This document shows, one piece after another, positions 39,112-51,926 of a stretch of 64,000 nucleotides of DNA. How positions within the stretch are numbered: the stretch's first letter is position 1; every line of letters begins with the position of its first letter. The notes under the pieces were generated by a model. The model made no database searches. It was not told where the DNA came from and worked only from the letters and a program-made list of their open reading frames with translations. Source of the stretch: Eledone cirrhosa (Eukaryota); contig OZ024743.1 in assembly GCA_964016885.1 (NCBI GenBank), positions 274,908,001-274,972,000 of the forward strand. Direction: 5' to 3'. Both the position numbers and the translations under genes were made by a program.

Positions 39112-39853
39112 AGTGGTTACACAACAGTTAGTTCACCATACCGAGAACAATTGTTTCACCTTAGCGGATTCTCACCTCGTAATGGACATGGTTATACGGA
39201 ACAGGAAGGACAACCGTACGAACGCGCATGCGGAGAAACGGTCACTTCCCTCAGACAATACTAAACGGTCACTTCCAACCGACCAAATCAACCACAGGAG
39301 GTCAAATCCTATGTGGATATGGTGGAGGGCCGATTTAAGGAACGCTTCCTGAACCACCAGTCGACCTTTACGTACCCGGACAGACGTTCATCCACGAAAC
39401 TCGCGAGCCCCGTATGGTCCCTCAAGGACTCAAGTATAGACTAATCCATTCAATGGAAAGCCATCACTAAGTCCAAGCCATACGCAAGGGGCAATCCGTC
39501 GTGTGGACTATGTATTGATGAACGAATAAATATTCTAAAGAGATTACGCAATAGCGATTGCCTAAACCAAGGTATGAATTCTTCACACGTTGTCCACACA
39601 TCTGGAAACACCTGTTACATAACCACAAAGCTCCGGATTGAATTACAACAACATTCTAATTTTCTTATCAACTAGAAACTTTCGGACTTTCGCAGTTATC
39701 TCCCTTACACCTCTCACATGCAATTTAGTATTGCCTGAGGGAAGTGACCGCTTCTGCGCATGCGTGTTCGTAACGGTTGTCCTTCCTGTTCTGTATAACC
39801 ATGTCCATTACGAGCTGAAGATCCGGTATGGTGAACTAACTGTTGTGTAACCA

Positions 39854-39856
<3 letters not shown>
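39112..39856 (+). mobile_element. 5'-truncated Penelope-like element: GIY-YIG endonuclease C-terminus flanked by inverted pseudo-LTRs
   Basis: ~39295-39610 translates KSYVDMVEGRFKERFLNHQSTF...STKLASPVWSLK...IQWKAI...PY...CGLCIDERINIL...CLN...CPH (one stop, one frameshift); 39112-39265 is the inverted copy of 39724-39856; ends in (TA)n. Confidence 0.8.
39142..39179 (-). ncRNA. Damaged hammerhead in the PLE pseudo-LTR
   Basis: cgag-GTGAGAA-tccgctaaggt-GAAA-caattg-TT-ctcg; the other pLTR copy (39811-39825) keeps cgag-CTGAAGA-tccg but lacks the second half. Confidence 0.6.
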
Positions 39857-39919
<63 letters not shown>

Positions 39920-39921
<2 letters not shown>

Positions 39922-40440
39922 AATTAAAATGAAGAATTAGAAATATAAGAAAATGAGTTTTTTTTTTATTAAAAAAAAACGAGATGTCCTACACGAGTGA
40001 AAGTATAAGGAAAAGAAATTGAAAATGCAGCTGGAGTCTTTTTAAGAATATTTATTTGTTTCCTTTACCGGTTTCACAGTTCTTATGCTTTTCAAAAGTA
40101 AAATTGAGATTTTGCTTGCATCTGGTTGGTGTTCGAAAGTTTTTTTGTTTTTTTTTAATAATTTGGCTGGTTGATGACTGTCACGTGAATAAGTACATTC
40201 AATTTCGTGCCAGTTCGTTTTTGAGGGTTCTTTATTGCCATTTTCACAGTCACATGATTTGTCATAGAGAATTTTGTGCCAAACAAAAGATAATGGTCAA
40301 GAAATGGGATGGGAAGAAATCGTTCTGGTTCAGTGAGTATGGCTGATGTGCACTGGTGTCAAAATTCAGACTTTCTATTGAAATAAATTGAATGTTTGCG
40401 TCGATAGTGGTGGCGGCGGCAGGGTAGAAAATAGACATAT
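39920..40440. mobile_element. (TA)n-adjacent element, same family as 61745-63110
   Basis: Shared gtcctacacgagtgaa.gtataa, gcttttcaaaagta, ctgtcacgtgaa and aaaagataatggtcaa...ttctggttcagtga segments. Confidence 0.7.
40063..40098 (-). ncRNA. Hammerhead ribozyme, U3-A8 core variant
   Basis: ctt-TTGAAAA-gcat.aagaa.ctgt-GAAA-ccgg-TA-aag; ACCGGT palindrome. Confidence 0.55.
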
Positions 40441-41079
40441 ATTGAGAGTTTTGTGTGTGTGTGCTGATGTATATGTGTGTGTGTGAGTAGGAAAATGATT
40501 TCATTAGTAGAAATGGAGAAGGGTCTTATGTGCGTATGTGTATGTATGCGTGTGTGATGGGGGGGGGGATATGGTTAGCATGTTAAGGTGTTAAAATATT
40601 AATGTATGTTAAAGTATATTTAGCTCTGGTCTTTTATTTTCGATTATAGAAGAGGCTGTGTGTGAATTGAATTCAATAAAAAAAAACTGGCCACCACCAC
40701 CACCACTACCCAAATCAGTTCTATGATACTGTGTCAGTAACCAGGTCTGAAACAGTGCGACGAAAAATTTGACACCAAGAAATAAATGAGAAAATGACAA
40801 AATGAATGTGAATTTAACAGCTTTTATAATTTTTTTTTTGTAATTTTTTTTATTATTTTTTTTTGTTTTTGTTTTTTTTGTTTGTTTTTGCTTTTTGGTC
40901 TGGCTAAAATTGCCATTCCACGCTGAAAATGTTTGGTGAATTAATCAGAGAGCGTTAAAATTACAGTAATTACTTTGGGGAAGAGTAATTTTAGATATCC
41001 AAAATGAAGCCGATAAAAATGGCTGGTAACTAAGTTTCAAATAAGTTGCAGTGGAACTGTGTCAATGACCATGTCGCAA

Positions 41080-42630
41080 ATACCACCACCATCATTATCA
41101 GCATCACCGTTGCCAACACCACTACCACCACCATTACCACCACCATCATCACCACCATCATCAACATCACCGCCACCATCACTGCCATTACAGTCACCAA
41201 CACCATTAACGCCACCATCACCACTACCATCACCAACACAATCACCATCATTACTACCATCATCACCATCACCACCATCACCACCACTGCCATCACCACC
41301 ACCGTCGCCAACACCACCACAATTACCACCACCACCATTACCACCACCATCATTACCATCATCACCACCATCACCACCATCACTACCATCACCACCATCA
41401 CCACCACCACCACCACAATCATCACCGTTACCAACACAACTACCATCACCGTCATCACCATCAACAACACTACCACCACCACCAGTATATTACCACCTCC
41501 ACCACTACCACCTCCACCAGTATATTACCACCTCCACCACTACCACCTCCACCAGTATATTACCACCTCCACCACTACCACCACCACCAGTATATTACCA
41601 CCACCACTACTACCACCACCACCACCACCAGTATATTACCACCTCCACCACTACCACCACCACCAGTATATTACCACCTCCACCACTACCACCACCACCA
41701 CCAGCACCAGTATATTACCACCTCCACCACTACCACCACCACCACCACCACCACCACCAGTATATTACCACCTCCACCACTACCACTACTACCACCACCA
41801 CCACCACCAGTATATTACCATCTCCACCACTACCACCACCACCACCACCACCACCAGTATATTACCAGCTCCACCACTACCACCACCACCACCACCACCA
41901 CCACCAGTATATTACCACCACCACCAGTATATTACCACCACCACCACCACTACCACCACTACCACCACCACCAGTATATTACCACCTCCACCACTACCAC
42001 CACCACCACCACCACCACTACCACCACTACCACCACCACCAGTATATTACCACCTCCACCACTACCACCACCACCACCACCACCACCAGTATATTACCAC
42101 CTCCACCACTACCACCACCACCACCACCACCACCACCAGTATATTACCACCTCCACCACTACCACCACTACCACCACCACCACCACCAGTATATTACCAC
42201 CTTCACCACTACCACCACTACCACCACCACCACCAGTATATTACCACTACCACCACCACTACCACCACCACCACCACCAGTATATTACCACCACTACCAC
42301 CACCACCACCAGTATATTACGACCACCACCACTACTACCACCACCACCACCACCAGTATATTACCACCACCACCACTACTACCACCACCACCACCACCAG
42401 TATATTACCACCTCCACCACTACTACCACCACCACCACCACCAGTATATTACCACCTCCACCACTACTACCACCACCACCACCACCAGTATATTACCATC
42501 TCCACCACCACTACCACCACCACCACCACCAGTATATTACCACCTCCACCACTACCACCACCACTACAACCTCCACCACTACCACCACCACCATCAGTGT
42601 ATTACCATCTCCGCCACTACCATCACTAAC
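41080..42630. repeat. (ACC)n-rich tract and accagtatattaccacctccaccact minisatellite
   Basis: Direct reading; source of the 527-aa and 533-aa pseudo-ORFs. Confidence 0.95.
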
Positions 42631-42994
42631 AACAACAGCAAGAACGACAATGAACAGTAACCCACCACAGCCATTAGCACCAACACTACCATTAGCTTCT
42701 ATACAATTACCAACAACAACAACAACACCAATATCACCATCTTAATGTCTTAATTAAAGAAAAGAGTTATTGGAGTCCGGGGCATACTTCTAAAAGTGAG
42801 GGTGATCACGGCTGGAATGCTTTTGATCACAAGTCAACACTATCAGAGTCAACCTGGAGCTATATATTAACAACAAAAACAACAAATACGACCACCACTA
42901 CCTCCAAAAGCGACTGCTACTAACACTACCGCCATAACAACCAGTCAGCGCCATAACGAAAATTTAATACTCCACATGTCCATTCATATATATG

Positions 42995-43282
42995 TGTGAG
43001 GCACTCCGTCGGTTACGACGGTGAGTGCTCCAGTTGAACCGATCAGCCTGCTCGCGAAATTAACGTGCAAGTGGCTGAGTATTCCACAGACACGCATACC
43101 CTTAACGTAGTTCTAAGGAAGATTCATCGTGACACAGAATGAGACAATGCTGGTCATTTGAACTATAGGTACAACTCATATTTGCCAGCTGAGTGAACTG
43201 GAGTAACGTGGAATAAAGTGTCTTGCCCCCGGGAATCGAACTCAGAACCTTACGATTGTAACCACAAAGCCACGCACCTTCA
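42995..43282 (-). mobile_element. SINE family B
   Basis: Reverse tRNA head (gggaatcgaactc...gccacgcacc) plus the family B body. Confidence 0.7.
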
Positions 43283-43424
43283 CCATATATATATACACAT
43301 GTAAACGCACACTCACACTTATCTTTTATTTACCAATAAACCCTGTAGAGTTATCTTCATTTTTTTCTAAATTTTTCAAATTAAAAAGATAATTTATGAA
43401 CAACCTGTATAATATTGGTTTTTG

Positions 43425-43590
43425 ATTTAGGCACAATGCCAGCAATTATGGGGAGGACTAAATTCGATTAAATCGACACCACTACATTACTGGTGCTTAT
43501 TTCATCGACCCCTTAAGGATGAACGGCAAAGCTAACCTGAGCGGGATTTGAACTGAGATCATAAAGGGACGTAACTCTATGCCATAAAGG
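43425..43590 (-). mobile_element. SINE family A
   Basis: Family A body in reverse orientation. Confidence 0.7.
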
Positions 43591-43984
43591 TTATGGGGTA
43601 TACCAGTGTCGATATTTTTATTCTTTTATTCGAAAATCGAGACGGGCTTGAATTTCATCAAAGATGTTGTGCAGTTTCAATCATGTCTGCTTATTACTGG
43701 TTCATATCTCATCTTTGCTTAATTAAGGTGGATGCGGCTCACTAGTAGAGAATAAACATCATTGTATTAAATTAATTAAATCGCACGACGAAATAATTTG
43801 TATGTAAAAATGTAACTATCCCTCTTTATACATTTATACACATTGATAGACACGTTACGAAACAATTATACCAGAAAAAGGCCGCCAGGGGTGACATTTC
43901 TACTACAGGGGTGGTGGAAGCATTTCTGAATTGGGGGTGGGGGGAAATTTAGTCAATTTACTTGTAGTGATTGTCTATCACACA

Positions 43985-44443
43985 AAATCCACCTCTCTGT
44001 ATCAACTAAAACCAAACTCTCCCCTTCTCTATATCTAACGCTAATACACTCACGCCGGAACTCTCTTTGAATCGCCCTCACTATATCAATAAACATCAAT
44101 CTCTCCCCTTCTGTATATCTAATATACAACTCACTCTTTCAACCACCCTCTCTATATCAATTATCACCAAACTATCCCACTCTCTATATCTACCATACAA
44201 CACTCTCTCTCATTTCCTCTCACTCTATCCATCACTACCAAATTCTCCCTCTCTCTATATCTATCAATACCTATCTCTATCAATTCTCTCACTCAATTCA
44301 TTACAATCAATCACTCCCCCTCTCTACATAAACCATTCAACCCTCTCTCCCAAACCTCTCTGTATATCAATTAACACCAAACTGCCCCGTCTCTATATCT
44401 ACTACATGGAACTCTCTTTCAATACCCCTCTCTATATCAATTA
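43985..44443. repeat. Degenerate pyrimidine-rich tandem repeat (ctctctatatcaatta...), left flank of the LINE
   Basis: The same repeat resumes at 50138-50605. Confidence 0.75.
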
Positions 44444-44643
44444 CCACTTGATATAGACGTGATTTACTTTGCTCCGGATTTTTACGGATTGTTGTCAAAA
44501 AAACTGTGAGTTTATTGATCAATTTAATAACATTGTTTGGTTTAGCTCCTTGCCTTGGCCGTCAGACGTTAAGTCAACAAATTTTCGCCCCTTTCTGGGG
44601 CGAAATTTTCAATTTTCATCTAAAAACTGTAGACTTGGTGGCA

Positions 44644-46417
44644 ATGGATGCCATTTCCACCTCGCACACTGTCGTGAGTGCCACGCCCACTAAGAAAAGT
44701 GGTGGAGGGAAGGTAGGAGTGCAAAGCTTGCAGCCGCCCCCCCCCCCCCCCGCCCCCCTCGCATCATCGAAAAACGTGGAAAATATCGAAACTGCAAAAC
44801 CAAATCCGGCAAATAATACCAGCACCAACAACAAGAACAATAACAACAACACCACAACCAACAACTGCAACAATAGCAACACCAATATTACCAACAGTGA
44901 CAGTAACACGAAAGACAACAACACCAAAACAACATTTGCACAGACCGTAAAAAAAAACGAACTATACACGCCAATAAACATAACAAATGCTAAACAACTA
45001 TTACAAGACGCAAAACAATTCGTGACTTTTGGCGAAAACGGTGCTTTTAGCATTAATTCTCCACAGGAATTACGTAGAGAGGCTGTCCTGAAAACTGTGG
45101 TTTTCAGGACAATATCGAACGTAACAAGAAAACCAGCTCAATTATCACAAAATGAAATTGAGCTGGTTCTAAGAGACGCAATGGAGGACTTAACCTTCAT
45201 ACAAAAAGGTAAACTGTTTGGTAGCATTTCGGTGCTGATGAACAACCAGTCAACAGCTCAAAAGTACTCGATAGCACCCATTGTGTCCCCCCACTTCACC
45301 TTTTACCCCACATACAGGGGCACAAAGAATAAAAATAATGAGTATCAACCCAAATGTAAACTTTTGGTGGATACTATGTGGAATAATAAACTTTGACGAA
45401 GACAAGATAATTTCAATAGGAAAGTCCTCCGGGGGTGTATTTGGTGGGACCACAATAGAAGTTCTGGTGCAAATGAGCCCAGAACGAATAGCGAATATCC
45501 CACAACGCGTGCCTCTGGACGGGCTAACTTATATAAACATTTCAGTGGGGGGAAGGCGGCCGTCATGTTACCACTGCTTAAGCAGGGGTCACCTGAGGGC
45601 TGCCTGTCCTCAATTAACGAGTAAAAAAAAAAAGGCTCTTCTGCCAACCCCGAACACAACAACACAACCACCACCACCACCACAACAACAACAACAACAC
45701 GGAAAAATAACAACACAACACACTGTTCCACCCAACCCCTCGCCACCTAAAACAAATACAAAAGCAACCACAACAAAACCCCAAAATATACCCCTCCCCA
45801 ACAACACGGAAGAGGACTCCGTATCAACGTCACCCAGTGACGACGAGGGAGAACCCTTTCAACAGGTGAAAAGGAAAAAAAAAAGGCACCACATTAACAA
45901 AAATGCCACAAACACACAAACACCAGAACAAACATCACAAATAAAAAAAAACACCCCTCCCCAAAACATAACACGTACTATAAAACGCAAACACCCGCAA
46001 GAACAACAAACAAAAACAAACACAACACAACAAAAACACTATACATACATTAACAAGAACAATAAAACGTTGATGAAAGCGATAGAAAATAACCCTTCGG
46101 TGGAAACCGAAGGGATCACTTTCACCTAAGCAGCGAACAAACCGCACCTAATGATGATTAGGGTCCCAACGGAAACCTATGTAACTTTGAAAAAGAACCA
46201 TCCAATGCATGTGGGGACCAACTGCACCAAACCACATAACAGCGTCCTATTGAGATGTTTCCCCACCCCCACACCAGACACCCACACCCCACCAAACACC
46301 CTAATCCCACCACACACTGATGTCCTCACCCCACCACAAACCACCACCCCACCAAACAACCCTTCCAACACCCCCATGGAAATTGTGCAGCCTGGTCCCC
46401 AGGAGACGAAGAGGTAA
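44644..46417 (+). pseudogene. LINE ORF1 (gag-like, CCHC zinc knuckle), disrupted
   Basis: ATG at 44644; frameshift near 45320; CYHCLSRGHLRAAC (CX2CX4HX4C); in-frame TAA at 46127-46129; reading continues to 46417. Confidence 0.8.
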
Positions 46418-46459
46418 GTAATTTCCTTTCCTCTTCCTTTTTACCTCTTCAGCACCAAC

Positions 46460-49400
46460 ATGGCCAATATAAGAGTTGGATGTGTGAATGCACGCGGCTT
46501 GGGGATGTCCTGGAAACAGGGCAAACTCTTAAATGACCTCAGGTCGCACAGAGTGGATGTAATGGTTATTTGCGAGTCCAGGATCAGCAGCGAGCGCCAA
46601 CTGGCCCCCATCTTCGACGACTTTGAGATCTACGCATCTCTCTGTCAGCCGAGGGGTGGGGTTGGGTTGTCGTTCTGCTGCGAAAATACCTGGGTCTTGC
46701 CACACAGAAGGTACACCTGGACCCGGAGGGTCGACTGGTGGTTTTAGACGTCAGCAGTGGTGAAGGTGGAGCTTTCAGGCTGGTGGCAGCGTATGCCCCA
46801 TCGGGGACACCGCGACTGGACTTCTTCCGACGCCTGGAGAATTTCCTGGGAACGTCTCGCTCCTTGCTTTTAGTGGGGGATTGGAATGGTATCCTGGATG
46901 CACGTTGGGACTATGTAGGGGCATGTCCCGATAGAGGGGGGTGTAACAGCCTCAAACGATTAATCGGCCGATTTGATCTGGCCGATAGATATCGACTGGA
47001 TTTTCCGACTGTGCCACGGTGGACGTGGAGTAATCGCAGTGGAACATCCAGGTCGTACCTAGATAGGTTCCTAGTTAGAAATAAGGATAGGGACATATTA
47101 AGCTGTCCACGAATGTTCATGGTTGACTATTCGGATCACAAGTTGTTGACCGGAGTGGTCAACCTTGATAGAACTCATAGACAGGGACCCGGTTACTGGA
47201 AGCTAAACTTGTCTTTACCGACAAACAAAGCTTACAGTAAGCGGATTAGCACACTAGTTAAGCAGCGTTTGACGGGGGCAATTGTAAACAACAGGTGGTG
47301 GGGCTCTCTCAAGAGAGAAATTAGAATAGAATCGATAGGTTTTAGTCGGGAATTAGCATCAGATAGGAATAGAACTGAAAGGGAATTAACAAATAGAGTA
47401 GAAGAGGCGATTAGGAGTGGCAACGTGGCCGGCATGCTGGCGTCAAGAACGGCCCTAGATCAGTTCTTTGATGCGAAGCACGAGGGCTGCGTTGTCTGGA
47501 GTAAAATACGTGCTCTGGGTAACGAGGGAGCCAAAGCTGTTAGCTGGGCCCGAGTGACAGAGGCAAAAAGTGGAAACAAGTCCACGATTCGGTCTTTGAA
47601 GGACCAGGATGGACGCGTGATCCTTGAACCTGAGCGGATGAGCGCGGCCTTTCAACAGCGCTTTGCACGACTGTTCTGGAGGGGCGGCGGGCCGGGTGGG
47701 GCCATGGATTTCGGTCCATACCTCGACGGTCTGGCGTGGCTCTCGGACGGGGAGGCGAAGTCCTGCGAAAGGCCGATTTCAGCCGCTGAAATAGGGGAAG
47801 CGCTGAGCCAATGCGGCAAACGCAAATCTCCGGGTCTCGATGGTCTACCATACGAACTTTATGTAGCGATGCCGGGCTTGTTCTCCGGTCTCCTCGAGGC
47901 GGTCTATTGCAACTGGCAACAGAACGGGAGAATTCCCAGTTCTGTGACCAAGGGCGTAGTCACGCTGGTGAGGAAGGACGAGAACAAGGGGGATGACATA
48001 GATAGCTTCAGGCCCATAACTCTGCTAAACACAGAGTTAAAGATTTTGGCCAAGGTGTTAGCGAAGAGGTTGGCGCTTGTCGTCGGGAACCTGGTGGGAG
48101 AAGCGCAGACATGAGCAATCCCGTCCAGGTCCATACACGACAACCTCCACCTCATGCGATACATCGTAGAGAGGGTAAGGAACGAACCCGGCTTTGGTGG
48201 GGCCCTGATCAACTTGGATCAATCTAAAGCGTTCGATAGGGTTGACCATCGGTACCTGGATGCGGTGCTCGTGGCGGCAGGCTTCGGACCCGTTTTCAGG
48301 GGATGGATTGCTGCAGTGCACAGCAGCAACACCTGCTCGAGGGTCAAGGTGAACGGCTACCTCTCGGAGCCGTTCCAAATCACGCGATCCATTCGACAGG
48401 GATGCCCTCTCTCCTCCCTCCTGTATGTGCTGGCTCTCGGGCCACTACTGAGGAAGCTGGAGCTGTTGCAGGGCATCCCCTTGGAACCGGGATTGCGGAA
48501 AGCGGTGTCGACCTACGCCGATGACGTGACAGTAATGGTGTCGTGCGCCTCGGAAATCGGGCAGATCGGCACCTTACTGGAGGAATATGAAAGGTTCACA
48601 GGAGCCAACCTGAACCGGGACAAGTCAGTCGGTTTGCAACTCGGGACGTGGAGGGGCAAAACGATGCCCTCCGACGGCATCGTCGGACGCTGGACGGAGG
48701 GACCGGTTAAGCTGCTCGGGGTCTGGTTCGGACCGGACCTCCAGGTGGAGAAAAACTGGGACGAGGTAACGGGCAAGGTGTTTGCACTCACCCAGAAGTG
48801 GGCCGAGTGCAAACTATCCCTGAAAGGTCGAGCGGAGGTGGCGAACGCTTATATAGCGTCCGTCATCTACTACCGCTTGACCGTCGTGCCTTGCCCAGAG
48901 AAAACACTCGCCAAAATGGAGCGCGCGCTCTTCCGATTTCTTTGGAAGAAGCGGGCTCCTTTGGTGAGAAGATCCATCTGCTGTCAACACCCTTCGAACG
49001 GAGGGCTGTGGTTGCCGTGGCTGATGATACGTAGACACGCATTAAGGCTACGGCACCTCCAGGTATTCCTCACCGGTCAGCCGGTGTGGGCCCTGTTTGT
49101 GAGGCGAGCCTTTCCGAGACTCGTCTCACTCACCGAGCTGCAATCCTGGGTCAAGCAAAGACCGAGAAAAGTGGGCGACTGGCACATTGAATGTGCTCAG
49201 GCGCTCACGGCCCTCTGGCAAGCGGATCCGGCAATCAGTGGAGACTCAACCTCAACATTCTATAGAGGGTTGGTGCGCAGGAAGTGCGACGACGCTCTCG
49301 GAGAGGCTCTGGGCATGGAGGAAGACGAGCTGGCCAGTCTGTTCGGTAGGACGTTTGGCCCGGGACCGATGGACAACTTCCAAAAGTCCCTGGCTTGACA

Positions 49401-49896
49401 ATGTTACCGAGGAGCTCTACCCGTTCGGGACAAGCTCTACAGACACGGGTGCCCGGGTAGGGACCCCTCGAAGAAGATCTGTCCAAGATGCGTGCGTGAC
49501 GAGGAAACCGTCGCACACGCATTCGTACACTGCCCGGGCGTTGCTGACCTGTGGGGCTATGTAGAACGACTACTGTCGCGGGTGGGACCAATCCGGTTGA
49601 CCACCGAGAACATTGTCACAATCAAACCGCCTCCCCCTTTCAATAACGAAGGAGAGGCGGTTTTCCTCTGTGTGATAGCCATGGCGAAAGAAGTTGTATG
49701 GTGGACAAGGTTGAAAGTGCTGAGGTCAGACACCTATCTCTCCGGCCAACAACTGGTCTTTTTTTTCAAGTACCACTTTAGAAGAAGGATCAGAATGGAG
49801 AGAGAGGTGCTCTACCCCAGCAAGTTTTATGAAAGATGGGTGAAAGTAGCGAGAATGGCCCGAGTGAATGGGCCTTCTCTCTATATCAGCCTGTAG
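46460..49896 (+). pseudogene. LINE ORF2 (APE endonuclease, reverse transcriptase, C-terminal zinc finger), disrupted
   Basis: CVNARGL, GDWN, SYLDRF, SDH (APE); KSPGLDGLP, FRPITLLN, DQSKAFDRV, RQGCPLS, YADD (RT); CPRC..EETVAHAFVHC; frameshift ~46665; TGA stops at 48112 and 49396. Confidence 0.95.
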
Positions 49897-50137
49897 GTGA
49901 GAGAGGAGAAGAATGAGAAGAGGAAGGAAGCACCCGCTCGTTGTGCTCCTGAAGAGGAGGGTTGCACATTTTTTCGGTGGTGTGTGCGATCCATGTCAAC
50001 GCCCCTCCCTATTGAGGACATCGATTGTTAAATTTAATTTGTTATATGTTTTTTACACGTCTTTTTAAATGTATGTAAACTCCCCCCTTTGTATTTGTCC
50101 CAATCTTTGATGCCCTGGTGGCAAATAAATAGAAATA

Positions 50138-50605
50138 TATATCTACTACATGGAACTCTCTTTCAATTCCCCTCTCTATATCAATTAATACAAAACTCTA
50201 GCCGTCTCTATACCTACTACGCGGAACTCTCTTCCAATACCCCTCTCTTTATCTACCATTCAACACTCTCTCTCATTTCCTCTTACTCTATCCATAACTT
50301 CCAAACTTTCTCCCTCTCTATACCAACCATTCAACACTCTCTCTCATTCCCTCTCACTCTATCCATTACTACCAAACTTTCCCTCTCTATATATCTATCA
50401 ATATCTATCTCTATTAATCCTCTCACTCTTGTCATTACCACCAAACTCTTCCCCTCTCTATATCTACTACAAGGAACTCTCTTCTTATACCCCTCTCTAT
50501 ACCAATTAACACAAAACTATCCCCCTCTATATATCTACTACACGGAACTCTCTTCTAATTCTCCTCTCTATATTAATTAACACCAAAAATCCCCCTCTCT
50601 GTATC
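50138..50605. repeat. Right part of the pyrimidine-rich tandem repeat
   Basis: Continues the 43985-44443 repeat. Confidence 0.75.
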
Positions 50606-50924
50606 CAGATGTACATAAATTGTAGCGCATATACAAATAGATGTGTTTTGCTAGTTTGGGGAGAAGAATATGCACTAGTAATATAACATGTATGTATGAA
50701 TGAAGCTGTAATTTCTGGTGGCGTCGTAGGAACACCGTAGTGACATACCTCGTTTCTTGGGCATTTCAAACCAGGCGGAGCCCATCCTCATCCGGGTGCG
50801 AATATAACTGATTTCTTCCAGGGAAGCAGAGAGTATAATAGCTACGAGATGCGGAAGAGATATAGAAGAGGCACTTTATTTATCGACCAAGAAAGAATAA
50901 AGCTTTAAGTCTAAAGTCTGTCTT

Positions 50925-51197
50925 AAGCCCGGAGGCTCATCAGCCCGGTGCTTATCCCGGTTTCCATGACGTTAAACGACTAAGAGTACTATACTCCCCT
51001 CTGGACAGGACGCCAGACCATCACTAGGTTAAACTCCCGGCTATTGCTGGTACTCATTTTCAGTTGCGTATACTGGAGCAACATAAAATTAAGTTTTTTT
51101 TTGCTCAAGAACACAACACATAACCCAATCCAGGAATTGACCCTACAACTTTATCGTCATAAGTCCAACACAATTACCACTAGGCTACGTGCTTCCA
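50925..51197 (-). mobile_element. tRNA-derived SINE with a conserved central domain (Meta/V-SINE-like)
   Basis: gcttatcccggtttcc...cccctctggacaggacgccagaccatc...gctggtactcatttt...ttgctcaagaacacaac...accactaggc. Confidence 0.6.
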
Positions 51198-51926
51198 TGT
51201 GAAAGAATAAAAGGCAAAGTTAATCTCGATGAGTTTCGAACACACAGCGCAGAGACCGGAACGAATATTGAAAAGTATTATATCCAACGTTCTAACAACT
51301 CTTCCAAATCACCACATAATATAATATAAACCATGATTATTTTTCGGTTAAACAAGGGACATCTTTAAAACCCTTCCCATATGCACGATGTGACGTTTGT
51401 ATGTCCCTAAGGTGGTTTCATTAACGATATAGAGTCTCTAAAAACATGCTGGCCCTTTGCCCTTCAGAAAGGAAAATTATCTTTAATATCTTTGTTATTT
51501 CCGTTCATTGATGAGAGAAGCTTGCTTGCTTTGTGTGTCAATTGTGTGTGTGTGTTTTGTGGAAGTGTGTGTATGTGTGGATGAGTGTGTGTATCTATGA
51601 GTGACGGCCTGTATGTACCGGCTTGTGTATAAAAGAATATGCCTATATGTATACGTATATATACATATATGTGTGTGTGTATGCGTGTGAGCGTGTGTGT
51701 TTGTGTATGTGTATATATTTTATGTATGTGTGTATGTATGTGAATGCATGTGTTTGTGTGTGTGTTCTCTGCTCTAGCTATGTTGAGGTCAATATTTGGT
51801 ATTTATAGTTTAGGAATAAACTTTAGTTTTGTCCATTTGAGATCTGAGTTTCGAACCCCACCAAAATCGATTTATCTTTTTTTATTTTCTCCTGGTTGTT
51901 ACTGATTAACCTTAGGTAATCTTTGA

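Larger units (their letters stand above)
44444..50137 (+). mobile_element. Near full-length Tx1/L1-clade non-LTR retrotransposon
   Basis: Two-ORF organisation, AATAAA at 50124-50129, and a 50-bp duplication at 44394-44443 / 50138-50187 with one mismatch. Confidence 0.95.

Noticed and set aside
41046-42660. 527-aa and 533-aa Pro/His/Thr-rich ORFs
   Set aside because: Overlapping frames of an (ACC)n-based satellite.
43343-43365. accctgtaga, resembling the 5' end of miR-10
   Set aside because: The match stops after ~10 nt and there is no precursor hairpin.
50925-50950. CTGATGA on the minus strand as a hammerhead
   Set aside because: No helix II-GAAA follows; it is part of a SINE tail.
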